Of a DNA stretch of 64,000 nt, positions 26,794-40,999 are shown one piece after another (position 1 is the first letter of the stretch; the number at the start of each line of letters is the position of its first letter). Source of the stretch: Octopus sinensis (lineage: Eukaryota); assembly GCF_006345805.1 (NCBI RefSeq), contig NW_021829853.1, positions 1 to 64,000 on the forward strand, in the 5' to 3' direction. Under the pieces are notes generated by a model, which was not told the origin of the DNA, made no database searches, and was given only the letters and a program-made list of their open reading frames with translations. Made by a program: the position numbers and the translations under genes.

Positions 26794-26858
<65 letters not shown>

Positions 26859-27413
26859 GTATACATATATATATTTCGATTTTGGATTTGGTTTGCAAGA
26901 TTCTTTATGTGAGTTCGTGCGTTGAAGCATATTCTGTTGTATCTGGGGAGACTCATTTTCATTTTGTGCCTTATAATTTAACACACTCACCAATAAAATG
27001 TCCACTTCTTCCTTATTTTTATTTTCCTAAAATTTTCGTTGCGTCTTGCTAAGCTTTAAAAAATAATTCCGGGAGCGGGCGGGGGTGATTTGTTCGACTA
27101 AAACCCTTCAAGGCGATGCCCCAGCATGGCCGCAGTCAAATGATTGAAACAAGTAAACGATAAAAGATAAAAGATACATACATAGAAGATTAAACGGTTT
27201 CACATGAGTAAATATACATGGCGGTCAATTGTATTACCGTCTTATTCATAATGTGCTTGGTCGATGGCGATTTCTCTACAACAAATAATGAACCCAAGCC
27301 TATTCATTTCTGACCCTCCTCCCTAACATTTAGCTTCCATCTGTTTTTATACATTTACTACAAGCTTTACTTCTCTGCTCTAATCTACTCTAATCCACTG
27401 CTCTAATCCTTTG

Positions 27414-27470
<57 letters not shown>

Positions 27471-27474
<4 letters not shown>

Positions 27475-28027
27475 GCTTGACTTTTGCTTTACATTTGCAC
27501 AAACTGGCTCCAAGTCTCACCCAGTGACCTCAAGAGACAACAAGTTGGAAGTTCGTATTGGTGTTATGTCTAGGGTGCCATATATTTGGTTTTGTACTTA
27601 GTGTTGTACTAGTGAATGCCTAAAAAAAAAACATACGAAAATTATGTTTGTTTTAAAAACTTGAGATTACATAGAAAGTATTTTGCGTAGGATATGAGCA
27701 GTTCCCATGAGCACTATCTTTTGAATTTCTGCAATTTTGGGGTTTCCTGGTATCTGAGCTAGGTAGCAATCAGCCCCTTCTGCTATCATTCCTATGACAA
27801 CAGGTATTTTAGTCTTCAGGTTCCACATTTTGCTGATTTCTATTTCAAGATCTTTATAATTGCTCAGTTTCTGGTCGGTCTTGACAGATACGTTTATATC
27901 GATTGGGACAGTCATATCAATGAGGAGGCATGTTCTTTGTCTGAAGTCTTTCAATATGATGTCTGGCCTATTCGCATTTATCTTTCTGTCAGTTTGAATG
28001 GTGAAGTTCCAGAGGAGTGAGATGTGG

Positions 28028-28030
<3 letters not shown>
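27471..28030 (-). mobile_element. R4/Dong-like LINE 3' end
   Basis: DHISLLWNFTIQTDRKINANRPDIILKD...GTAHILRKILSM; (AAT)n on both sides. Confidence 0.85.
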
Positions 28031-28087
<57 letters not shown>

Positions 28088-28089
<2 letters not shown>

Positions 28090-28600
28090 GAGTGAGAGAG
28101 CAGTGCATGCCATCAAAGTGACACTGGGGTAAAATATGCGAAGCCCAGTATACTCATCATGACTACTCGTCAGATAAGAGTACACCAGGCACATGCATCA
28201 CAACCATATGTGTGCGACATGGTGATCTCATAGCAAGATAAACAGCACATCACCTTGCAGATGGGTCCCAGTTAGAATTTTCTTCTGGTCGAGTAACCCA
28301 TGCCGCTCAAAAGGTCCCTGAATAAGGATTGTTTAAGGATGTTGAACGAAACACCCATGTTTCCAAAGGTGAATTATCTAAACCTCTAAGAATTCCTTTC
28401 AACACATGACTATGATGCTCCCCCACTACTTCTGCTCGTGATCAGAGATGCACATATCATCAGCCACTAAGGGACATGGTCAACTGGTTAAGGTCAAACA
28501 ACTGACAAGCAAATATGTGGTATTGAGCAGAATATTTGCTGTAGCCCAATCAGTTAAGATCAGCAGCCATGAGAGTCACTGCCTGGTACAACATCAAGAC

Positions 28601-28612
<12 letters not shown>
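28088..28612 (-). mobile_element. Second copy of the ~550-bp (TAA)n-associated repeat
   Basis: Reverse complement of 2600-3153 with a ~50-bp internal deletion. Confidence 0.75.
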
Positions 28613-28675
<63 letters not shown>

Positions 28676-29759
28676 TATTATTATTATTATTATTATACTC
28701 ACCTTCCTGATGATTTTTTTTCTGTCTTACAATCCTCGTTATGTTTCATTATTTTTCTTATCTTTTCTCTCCTTTTTACTTCTCTTATCCCTTTATAGGT
28801 TCCAGTCACTTCAGCCTTAGTTCTATCTTGTATAAAAGTATATTTTGTTAGAAATAATCTATTTATAATCTTCTTTATTTTGCCAGCACTATCGAACTCT
28901 TATCGAACAACACAAAGGAGCTAAATAATGTTCAGACGTGAAATATTTAAATCAATTCAATTTGTATTAATTAATTTTATATTATGAATTGTATATTATA
29001 CGTTGTATTCTAATTAAGTACACTGAATAACTCTAAATTACCTTAATTATTTAAGGTGTTTAACTACTTTTAAATGTGTGAATCTGTATATACAATTACA
29101 AAATATACCACTCAGGAGACATTCTTCGATCGATTTTTATTGTATCTATAGATACGTAGTTGCACCCCCATCCCTTCTCATTATTTGTCTTTTTACTTCA
29201 GGTCTTCAACAGTTACTTCCCCTTTCTTCCCTCTTCTTTCTTTATCCAACCTCACTTCCTCGTTTCCACCATCTTGCTAATTATACTTCGTTTTGCAAGT
29301 CCTTTTATCTCCCAAGTGTTTCTTCTTCTTAATATCAGTTTCAAATTTTGACACAAGGCCAGCAATATCGAAGGAAGGCAATAAGTCGATTACATCAACC
29401 CAATTGTGTAACTGGTATTTAACTTATCGACCCCAAAAGGATGAAATAAGTACCAGTTGAGTACTGTGATTGATGTAAGCGACTTACCCCCTCCCCCCGA
29501 AATTGCTAATCTTCAGCCAAAACTTGATTCCAATATTAGCTTTGTCTTCTCCCTTTTTTCTCCAGCGTCACTTTACATCAATCGTCCCCTAATTCTCCGG
29601 CCCTGGTTTCTCGCAATACTTTAGTCGAGCTCCAAATTATTGAAGGGACTTTTGAATCACCCTGTAGATACATATATATATATATATATATATATGATCA
29701 TATATATATATATATATATGTATGTATATATGCACATATATATATATATATGTATGTAG

Positions 29760-29846
<87 letters not shown>

Positions 29847-30007
29847 TATATATATATGTATGTATACATATGTATATATGCATGCATACACACACACATA
29901 CACACACACACAAACACACACACACACACATAAACATATGAACATACGTACGCACACATGCATTGATGATGACGATAATGATGATGATGCTGATAATTAT
30001 TATTATT

Positions 30008-30045
<38 letters not shown>

Positions 30046-30298
30046 AGTCGATTTTCTGATCGAAAAAAAAAGGAATTTGTTTTCGCATTGGCTTTTCAAG
30101 GAGAGAATCTCAAGAGCCAAGCATTCTCCACATCTGACACGCCACTAACACTAAAAGATATCTCTGTGCATCCATACACAGATTGCAGTTGTAATTGTTT
30201 TGGCCAGTGACTTGATATCAGGGCGTAAATTGAAACAGAAGCAATTATATGGTGGAAGTCATCTTAGCCTTTTAAGGGCGCACGAAACCGCTACCTTA

Positions 30299-30349
<51 letters not shown>

Positions 30350-30453
30350 GTATGTGGATAGATATATCTATATAGCCATGTGTATATAGCTACATCATAT
30401 TAATAATACGTATATTTAAATACATGCTTACATGCATGCACAAATGTGTATGG

Positions 30454-30502
<49 letters not shown>

Positions 30503-31816
30503 TGACATACACGCACATATATACATACATATGTGTGTTTTTGTATATGTATATATGTAAACTCATGTTTCCATATCTACATAATATCGATGATACATAC
30601 GTACAGGCATCTGTGTGTATGTTCGTGTGCGCGCATGTATGTATGTACGTATGTATTATGTATGTATGTATGTATGTATGTATGTATGTATGTATGTATG
30701 TATGTATGTATGTATGTATGTATGCATGCATGCATGTATGTATGTATATATGTATGTATGTATATATGTATGTATGTATGTGTGTGTATATACGCACACC
30801 CGTGCATATATACATATATTCGCTTCTTTTGTGCTTAGAAATGATATCGCTTAGTTCTGCATTTTCCCCCTTTTTTTTTCGCTATGCAACTGGCGGAAGA
30901 TGAGATGCCCGGAAGCTTTATTTCAGTATCCTCACCAGTCCATTAAAGCGTGACCGTTTACTGATGCGAACCTTCATTCACTGCCATTGACAACATACTG
31001 CCTAAGAATAGAAGACAGAGAGAAAGACGACAAAAAGATGGTGTGTTGGAGGGGGGGTGAAGAAAGAACTAGAGAAAGATAGAAAGAAAAGAAGACAGAA
31101 AGGAAGGAAGGAATCAAACGAAATAAGGATGTGGCGTGCTGCCAAATCAACCTCTCACTGCATCATTTTGGCCGAGAGGAAATTCGTAGGATATCAACAA
31201 ATAATCCACGATGGCGAAAAGTAAATTAAGAGACACGAAAACAATTATAAAAGATAATAAAATTAAATATAAATTTAAAAAAAACAAAACAAAATGACAA
31301 ATGTTCAAACACTACAGGCTGCAGAAAGCAGTCGGTGAGAAATGGCGAAGTATCGCATTGGATTTGACGTCGAATTTGGCATTTGAGTTGTTAACAAGGT
31401 AGTTGCAAATGTGATGCTTCGTAATGAGATGTCATAAGGTGGCATGCGTCAACATACACAGTGAGTGGTAAATCGGAAAGGACCAGTCACTTCTTTGTCT
31501 TTTGTTTTGTTGCATTTGCAAACTGAATTATTATTTTATTCCAAATGAAATAAATTTTGTTCGGTAAAATTCTAAATAATTCTAGAATTGCGTGATCTAT
31601 TATTCGACGGGGTAGGACAGATAAATTGAGATGTCGGGTGAATTTGAAGGTAACTTACGAAGTAGAACAGATGAGCAACAGATAATACGAGCGTGAGACA
31701 GTAAGAAGGGGACGGACTAATGGATTCTAGGAACCTGGGTGATGCTTACAGCCGAGATAGTAAAAATCAGTCACCTTCAAAACGTTTTACCTAAAAGCGA
31801 TAATAGAAACCAATAA

Positions 31817-32051
31817 GGCGGCGAGCTTGCAGAACCGTTAGCACGCCGGGCGAAATGCTTAGCGGTATTTCGTCTGCCGTTACGTTCTGAGTTCAAATTC
31901 TGCCGAGGAGGTCGACTTTGCCTTTCATCCTTTCGGGGTCGATTAAATAAGTACCAGTTACGCACTGGGGTCGATGTAATCGACTTAGTCCCTTTGTCTG
32001 TCCTTGTTTGTCTTCTCTGTGTTTAGCCCCTTGTGGGTAGTAAAGAAATAG
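31817..32051 (+). mobile_element. OK/OR-like SINE, full length, with 15-bp TSD
   Basis: GATAATAGAAACCAA at 31799-31813 and 32051-32065. Confidence 0.9.
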
Positions 32052-33268
32052 ATAATAGAAACCAACATGGAAAACATTCCCTTCCTGTCTACGATGATGA
32101 ATATCAGCTCATATTCCAGCAAACCCTATAAAATAAACTAGCAGCCATCTTCGTTACATACATTCAGTCTACGAAATGTTATTAAGCAAATTCTTATAGG
32201 AATAAGCAAATGCATAAGAAATATTTTCCCTAATAAAACAAATTTATCATAGAGTCGAAGACAAATACAGACAGGTGCTTCGAGAAAATAAAAGTACGAC
32301 GAAGATAAACCTGCACGAGACAGATAGATAAGATTTAATTCACTCAATCCTTGAGCAAGAACATTATGGCCAGCATAACAAAACAATTTTGTCTTTGACC
32401 GACAATCACTTCCGCAAAGACAACAAATTTTCATCTGCAATAATATAAAAATCAAGTTATTCCACATACCATTCTTTAAGAAAAACCATTTTGCTGCACA
32501 AACACAAAATTCTTCAGCGCGATTGAAGCAGAACACACCTGAGGGGAGTTAACGGTAATGTGTTGGCCAGACTTGAGTGATTTCATCGTATGTCAGTTCA
32601 CCCAACTAGAATAAACCCATGTTTGGTGCTGTGTCTTGTATCGGCTCAAAAGAAAGCTCATTTAAGAAGAGACCATACCAGCACGGAAGTTTTTTTTTAA
32701 ACACCTTTAAGAAGAAAATACTACAACGCTCTCTGATTAAATGATTTACCAGTTATATCAGTGGGTCTCAATCATCTTTTTTTATATCTATGGACCCCTT
32801 TGATTACTATTTTATTATGGTGGATCCCCAACCAAAGCCATTCAATATTTAAAAACTAGTTTTATGAATACTACTTTCAAAATTCCTGTGTTTTTGTTTT
32901 TCACACGTTAACTTGTGTGCGTTGAACAATGTAAAATGTTAGAGAAAGAAACTGAGCCGTTTACTGCATTAAACACATCGAAAGCAAAATGTTTTCATGA
33001 ACCCTTAATATTCTACTACGGGTCCGAATTTACTATTTAGATTGCGTGGACACCCAAAAGACTTATTTGGGCCCCAATGGGTTATATGGACCAGGTCGAG
33101 GACCAATGAGTTGTATGGAAGCCCTTGTAAAGAATATGAAGGTCCGCTTTAAAACGAGGGGAAAAAAGCGATTGTGAAAGGCATGAAGCAGTTATATCAT
33201 GCTGCTTTGCTCCGTCGCCAATTAAAATGGCTTCAAACATCCTCCACCAATGTGTGTGTGTGTGTATG

Positions 33269-33310
<42 letters not shown>

Positions 33311-34352
33311 GGGAGAATTCACAAGAAAAGACAAAGACAGGTGGTGTACAAAACAAACAGATGTATTAGTATAACGCTCAGGAATAGAAAAAGTATTTTA
33401 CGTTTCGAGCCTACGCTCTTCTATAGAAAGGGACACAGAAAGAAACAAGGAGAGATAAAAATAAAGTAATGACAATAATAGCAGCAGTTTTACGTAAAGT
33501 TCAAAGGTTTTTAGACGTCGTGGTGTATATGTAGTATGTATGTATGTATGTATGTATGTATGTATGTATGTATGTATGTATGTATGTATATTCCACTAAT
33601 ATATATATATAATGATGATAGAATGACTGATGGAGAAGTGGTGATAACTAGAAGAAGGAAGGGTAGGGGTTGCGGGTTGCTAGCACTTATTTAGATTACC
33701 AAATAACGGGAAAATTGTGAAAAATGAAAGTAAAAGTAAGCTCTAAGGATGGGAATTAGAATTGAGGTATACAGAATGTATGATAACTTAGTAAATTTAT
33801 TAAATGAAATTAGAAAAGAATTTTAGATCAATACAAAGGAAAAGGGAAAGAAATTAAACTTAGAACCTAATAATGGCGTACTTTAATATACAAGAGAAAG
33901 TACGTGTTCCCCTTTTATTTGATAATCTAAATAAGTACTAGCCATTCCTACCCTTCCTTCTTCTCGTTATCCCCTCTTCTCCATCTGTCATTCTCTCACT
34001 AGCAACTCTGAGACATATCCTTTTAAGCTAGATATATGGTCGCAGTAAAATAAGGGTCAGGGGGGTTGTCTGAAATTAATTATCACCATCAGCAGGTGAT
34101 AATAGACGACAACTCCCAATGGATTTAATTCTAAATAGTTGAAGACTATATTCTGTATAAAATCTTATAAATAAAATTAATAAACATAAATAACTCTATC
34201 ACCACTCCTATATCTTGACACACACCCCGACACACACACACTATTTTCCTCTGCTACTCCCTAAATTAGACTACGCTTGATAACTTAGAATAACTTGAAA
34301 GGTTTTGGCCAATATTGGCCCAGGCCATGTCTAACTTAATAACCCACCTGGC

Positions 34353-34357
34353 AAAAA
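34353..34357 (-). terminator. RNA Pol III T5 terminator of tRNA-Glu
   Basis: TTTTT 6 nt downstream of the discriminator base. Confidence 0.8.
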
Positions 34358-34363
34358 TTAGCG

Positions 34364-34435
34364 TTCCCATGCCGGGAATCGAACCCGAGCCGCCTGGGTG
34401 AAAGCCAGGAATCCTAACCACTAGACCACATGGGA
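34364..34435 (-). tRNA. tRNA-Glu(TTC)
   Basis: 72 nt; acceptor TCCCATG/CATGGGA; anticodon arm CCTGG-CTTTCAC-CCAGG; T-loop TTCGATT; A/B boxes intact. Confidence 0.95.
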
Positions 34436-34714
34436 TATATGCTATATATTTGGAAAATATGATATATATTTTTCTCTAAAGTCATTCTGCTACAAATATA
34501 ACGAAAGGAAACAATGTAATTATTTTGGTTTCTGATATTGATATAAATTTTGCTAAAAATGGTTTATCTTTTATGTTGGAAATATGTATGGTCATCTGCT
34601 TCTGAGGAGTACGGTCTCTTTCAAATTGATGTAATGTTTTCATTGATCGATTAAATGGAACCGCTTGAAACGGCCCTAATACACTGATACTTGAACATCC
34701 TTGTTACTTATTTG

Positions 34715-34753
<39 letters not shown>

Positions 34754-35806
34754 ATGTATATATATAGGGAGAATTCACAAGAAAAGACAAAGACAGGTGG
34801 TGTACAAAACAAACAGATGTATTAGTATAACGCTCAGGAATAGAAAAAGTATTTTACGTTTCGAGCCTACGCTCTTCTATAGAAAGGGACACAGAAAGAA
34901 ACAAGGAGAGATAAAAATAAGTAATGACAATAATAGCAGCAGTTTTACGTAAAGTTCAAAGGTTTTTAGACGTCGTGGTGTATATGTAGTATGTATGTAT
35001 GTATGTATGTATGTATGTATGTTATGTATGTATGTATGTATATTCCACTAATATATATATAATGATGATAGAATGACTGATGGAGAAGTGGTGATAACTA
35101 GAAGAAGGAAGGGTAGGGGTTGCGGGTTGCTAGCACTTATTTAGATTACCAAATAACGGGAAAATTGTGAAAAATGAAAGTAAAAGTAAGCTCTAAGGAT
35201 GGGAATTAGAATTGAGGTATACAGAATGTATGATAACTTAGTAAATTTATTAAATGAAATTAGAAAAGAATTTTAGATCAATACAAAGGAAAAGGGAAAG
35301 AAATTAAACTTAGAACCTAATAATGGCGTACTTTAATATACAAGAGAAAGTACGTGTTCCCCTTTTATTTGATAATCTAAATAAGTACTAGCCATTCCTA
35401 CCCTTCCTTCTTCTCGTTATCCCCTCTTCTCCATCTGTCATTCTCTCACTAGCAACTCTGAGACATATCCTTTTAAGCTAGATATATGGTCCCAGTAAAA
35501 TAAGGGTCAGGGGGGTTGTCTGAAATTAATTATCACCATCAGCAGGTGATAATAGACGACAACTCCCAATGGATTTAATTCTAAATAGTTGAAGACTATA
35601 TTCTGTATAAAATCTTATAAATAAAATTAATAAACATAAATAAATAACTCTATCACCACTCCTATATCTTGACACACACCCCGACACACACACACTATTT
35701 TCCTCTGCTACTCCCTAAATTAGACTACGCTTGATAACTTAGAATAACTTGAAAGGTTTTGGCCAATATTGGCCCAGGCCATGTCTAACTTAATAACCCA
35801 CCTGGC

Positions 35807-35811
35807 AAAAA
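35807..35811 (-). terminator. RNA Pol III T5 terminator of second tRNA-Glu
   Basis: Same as 34353-34357. Confidence 0.8.
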
Positions 35812-35817
35812 TTAGCG

Positions 35818-35889
35818 TTCCCATGCCGGGAATCGAACCCGAGCCGCCTGGGTGAAAGCCAGGAATCCTAACCACTAGACCACATGGGA
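35818..35889 (-). tRNA. tRNA-Glu(TTC), identical second copy
   Basis: Identical to 34364-34435. Confidence 0.95.
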
Positions 35890-36166
35890 TATATGCTATA
35901 TATTTGGAAAATATGATATATATTTTTCTCTAAAGTCATTCTGCTACAAATATAACGAAAGGAAACAATGTAATTATTTTGGTTTCTGATATTGATATAA
36001 ATTTTGCTAAAAATGGTTTATCTTTTATGTTGGAAATATGTATGGTCATCTGCTTCTGAGGAGTACGGTCTCTTTCAAATTGATGTAATGTTTTCATTGA
36101 TCGATTAAATGGAACCGCTTGAAACGGCCCTAATACACTGATACTTGAACATCCTTGTTACTTATT

Positions 36167-36213
<47 letters not shown>

Positions 36214-36865
36214 ATACCTACATATATATTTATAGATGGGAAGTTTAGATATCCAGAAGACCCCAAAAGCAGGTAAAGTTATGTAAGTGCTACGGAAGGA
36301 CTGTAGTTAGATCCTCGGTTCAATAATAATACAAGTGAGGAGTCTAACGCGGGTCGTGTGTGAGCCGCGTTAGTCTAACGCGGACCGTGAATCTAACGTG
36401 GGTCGTGTGTAAGGTTAAATAAAATGAGACAACAATGCCAAAGCAGTGTGAAATTTCTAGGACCCATTTGAATGAACACCACATGGAATTAATACCTGCC
36501 CGCTATCCATTTGTACTAACAAAATATGAACTCCTATCGGAACTTACATATTATGGACAAGAAGCCTTTTTACCGATTCTACACAACGCATTCCTTGGAT
36601 AATGGAATAGCAACTTTAACATCCAACATATATCTTTATTTTTATTCCTATATTTCCTTTTATACTTCCTATATCTCTCCCTTTCCGAAATAACTTCTTA
36701 TATTGGACCCTACTATTTCCTTCTATTTAACTCTCATATCGCCTGTGATGATGGGATATCTTTTATATCACTGAAACAGCTGTAAGACTACCCTTCTCTT
36801 TATAAAATATCTTTGAAATTTCACACTCCCTTGGCTTTGTTGTCTCATTTTATCTAACTTATATA

Positions 36866-36957
<92 letters not shown>

Positions 36958-38121
36958 GCATATACACACATACGCACACATTTATATGTATTCATGTAGG
37001 TATGTACATGTGTATGTATATAACATCTTGAATAATAATTTAAATATATTCAAAAGCTGCACGAGTATTCTGCGTTTTAGAACAGAGAACCAAGAATCTT
37101 TAAGAAGCATAGACATATACTTTTTTTTTAAATAATATCACAAATAACTTTAAACAATAATCCTAATGCATAAAACTAATCCGAATGTTTTTGACTTGGA
37201 AACGAAACGAAAGGAAACGAAAAGAAACCAACGAAAATTATTCGACAGAAAATGTCTGACTTAAACGCCGTTTTTTCATTGATTTTAAATTTTGGCGCAA
37301 TGCTAACAATCCTGAGGGAGAGGTGAGTCAATTACATCGACCCTAGGGCTCAACTGATACTTATTTCATCGATCCAAAGGGGCTGAAAAGCAAAGTGAAC
37401 CTCGTCGGAATTTGATCTTAGAACATAAAGACGGACGAAATGCCGCTAAGCATCTTCTCCGTCGTGTTAAGATCCTACCAGTTCGCCACCTATGAACGCT
37501 TTCTTTGTATTATCTCCAAAGACTTTACAGATCAACCTGGAGTTCAGACTGATAAATCCAGCCAAACAGAGATAAGTATAAATAGTAAAAACACTTTGGA
37601 ACCGTTTATTTTGAATATGAAGTTATCAAACAACTTACCAATGGTGAGGGAATAAAACCAAAGTTTGGTAATCCAGTGATTTAACGGAATCTGAGATAAA
37701 AGCGAAACTAAAGTCATCCAAGTAGACTTGGAAGGATTGTATCCATTGATTATTTCTAAATTGCTGATATTGGGTAGGATTCTGTAGACTGTGTCGACCA
37801 TTTACAAATTGTTGGTTTCGTCCTCATTTAAAAAATCGTTATTTTAATGATTTCTTAGTTTCGATGGGGTGAGAGATAGAGTTTTAATGGACTGTTGCAC
37901 ACACCAGCCTTGATACACAACCTGTAATCAGAACGAGAGCCTGGCTCTAATGGTAAGCTGCATCGATACAAATGATAGATTTTCATCTGATGCGTGACAT
38001 TCACGGATGATCTGATGGTTGCCGAAAGTAAAAATAATAGGAAATAACTCTAGGAAGAGAGACTATAACTTTTCTGAAGGGCATTTAGTGGGATAGGGGA
38101 AGGGAATTTACGCTGTCGTCG

Positions 38122-38202
38122 ATGTCATCATCGTCTTCATTACCATCATCATCATCATCGTCACCACCACTATCATCGTCCTCATCATTACGATCATCAT
38201 CC

Positions 38203-38236
<34 letters not shown>

Positions 38237-38366
38237 TCATCCATCATCCATCATCGTCACCACCACTACCATCGTCCTCATCATTACAATCATCATCACC
38301 ATCATCACCACCACCACCACCACCACCATCATCATCATCACCATCATCATTACCACCACCATCACT

Positions 38367-38409
<43 letters not shown>

Positions 38410-38535
38410 CTACCACCACCATCACTACCACCACCACCATCATCATCATCATCACCACCATCACGATCCATCATCGTTACGATCGCCACCTCCAATACCA
38501 TCGTCCTCCTCCTCCTCCTCATCATCATCATCATA
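38122..38535. repeat. Degenerate (CAT)/(CAC) trinucleotide tract
   Basis: Directly visible. Confidence 0.9.
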
Positions 38536-38898
38536 AAGACCCGTATTCCTGCTTATTATTGGAGCATTCAGACCCACAAAAATCACAATTTAGTGAATCC
38601 AACACTGCCAGCTATCGACCCATTTGCCAATTTTTATATTCCCCCACAGCTGATACCTTGTAATATCTATTTACAGATCAATTGATCATAACCTAACGGT
38701 TCCTCAGCTTATTTTGTCGAGGAATCCTTCCACTATTTTCTCAAACTCGCAGAATCCATATCAATATTTACGCACAATTCTGTCACTCTCATTTTAAAAG
38801 CCATTAAATGAAACAAAATTTATTCTAGAGAGAAAATTTATTCATTAAAAAAAAAAACATAACTTATTTTGAAAATGGTGAATGCGATTTTTTTTTTA

Positions 38899-39157
38899 TT
38901 AGAGGGAATACAAAGGAGTGACAGAGAGAGAGAGGAGAAATGGAAAGACAAGAAAATACGTCAACAAGAAACTATGGCATTACAACCAGCCAGGAACAGT
39001 CTTGGCTACATTTGCGGTACCTGCCAGAGGGAGTGTTTGTCCAGGATAGGACTACACAGCCACAGCAGGAAATGTATCAGGACATGAAATGTAAAAGCCA
39101 GACTAGACTACTTTATGCGCAACTCCATTGTCTCCCGAGACAAAAAAGATGCCAACC
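38899..39157 (+). mobile_element. RTE/BovB-like LINE 3' end
   Basis: YICGTCQRECLSRIGLHSHSRKC C2H2-type terminus and tail CCATTGTCTCCCGAGAC...GATGCCA. Confidence 0.75.
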
Positions 39158-39479
39158 AAGTATTAAAATATACTTTTGGAAGCTATTATGAGAAACATTG
39201 TCTTAAGGTAAGTGTTTGCAATTATACAGACTGGAAACTGGGTTGTTTGTGGTGTTAGGAAACGAGCCGGTGACTTCTCGACTAACCTCGGTTCTCTAAA
39301 TTCTCAATTACAACAACAGAGATGATTAAATATTAATAAATTATCATTTTTTTTTGCAGACTATTGATCTTTATCATTAGAGATGAAAAATTTCAAATCG
39401 AGTCAAACCATGGAACTAAACACCTGATGACGATCGTACTTCCAACTGATCGAAACGAAATGTTAATATAAATACTGGT

Positions 39480-39873
39480 TTCTAATTTTGGCAGAAACCC
39501 AGCGAGTTCGGGAAAGGAGACGAGTCGATTATATCAACCCCAGCGCTCGACTGGTACTTATTTTACCGATCCCGAAAGAATGAAAAGTAAAGTCGACTGC
39601 AGCGGAATTTGAACTCAGAACGTAAAGACGGACGAAATACCTATTTCTATACTACCCACAAGAGGCTAAACACAGAGAGGACAAACAAGGACAGACAAAC
39701 GGATTAAGTCGATTATATCGACCCCGGTGCGTAACTGGTACTTATTTAATCGACCCCGAAAAGATGAAAGGCAAAGTCGACCTCGGTGGAATTTGAACTC
39801 AGAACATAACGGCAGACGAAATACCGCTAAGTATTTCGCCCAGCGCGCTAACCTTTCTGCCAGCTCGCCGCCT
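39480..39873 (-). mobile_element. SINE dimer: full OK/OR-like SINE joined to a headless SINE body
   Basis: Junction GAAATAG|GTATTTCGTC at 39640/39641. Confidence 0.8.
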
Positions 39874-40920
39874 TATCATGTCAACATAAATATTATCTAT
39901 AAAAAAATATTTACCTTTATAAATAAAACATTTTTTTAATGTTTATGATATGTATATTTATTAAATATTGGTCCCTAAGCTAAAGGCACTTAAGTTTAGA
40001 AAAAGCAAAGGAAATTAGGGATTGTGGAATGCTCTCAGAGCATTAACGGCTCAGAGACTTTTTTTTCATATCTAAGGTTTTCAATCCATTCTAACCCAGT
40101 CACAATGTTTTCCCTCAGAGACCTTCTCAAGAAATACAACGAAACACACAGAATGGGTTTAATTTTTTGAGCCATGACCAGAGAGAAAAATATATTATTC
40201 AATCAACCATCTTACTTAAACATTCTGGTAAAAGTGGAAAATATTTTTTAAAATTGGAAATTATGATTTGTTGCTGAAAATGTTTGTTGTCGCTCTCGGA
40301 TGAGTATTGTGTTCTTTTTCTTTTATTATTTAAGTTGGAATAACTGTGTATTTCTAACTCGAAAAAATACTTGGTTTTACGTTATATATATATATTGTCC
40401 TTAGTGATTGTGACGTAACACTTCAGTATTTTCGATTTTTTTCTATTTACTCTGGCAAGTGTCTGTATGATGGATTCTTAACAATATGAATGCAAGTTGA
40501 GCTTTGATCCCTTTTGTTATTACCGTTTTGTTTTTTTTTCTCTCCGATTTGTTCCAACAAAACAGAAAAAGTAAAAGAGAACCAGTTGTCGAAAGTAAAT
40601 ATTGTATACACACAAACACACACAAACATATTTATCTTTCCTGCACAACGCGCGTGCAAATATGTGTGTTTTGTGTGTGTATTTATGTGTGTGTGTGCGC
40701 GCGCGTGTGCACGTATGTAGGCATTCATGCACGTAAGTATGGTTGCATGCATGTAAATATATGTATATGAATGTACGTATATATGTATGCATGTATGTAT
40801 GTATGCATGTATGTATGTATGTATGTGCGTATGCATGCAAATATGTACGTATGTATATGTATGTATATGTATGTATATATATATATATACATATATATAC
40901 ATATATATACATATATATAT

Positions 40921-40999
<79 letters not shown>

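Larger units (their letters stand above)
33311..36168. repeat. Near-identical ~1.45-kb tandem duplication bounded by (TA)n
   Basis: 33311-34714 matches 34767-36168; differences mostly in microsatellite/homopolymer length plus one G/C substitution. Confidence 0.95.

Noticed and set aside
32138-32536. 132-aa minus-strand ORF
   Set aside because: No recognisable domain, TTG start, AT-rich; splice context ambiguous.
38122-38685. 187-aa Ser/Pro-rich ORF
   Set aside because: Translation of the (CAT)/(CAC) tract.
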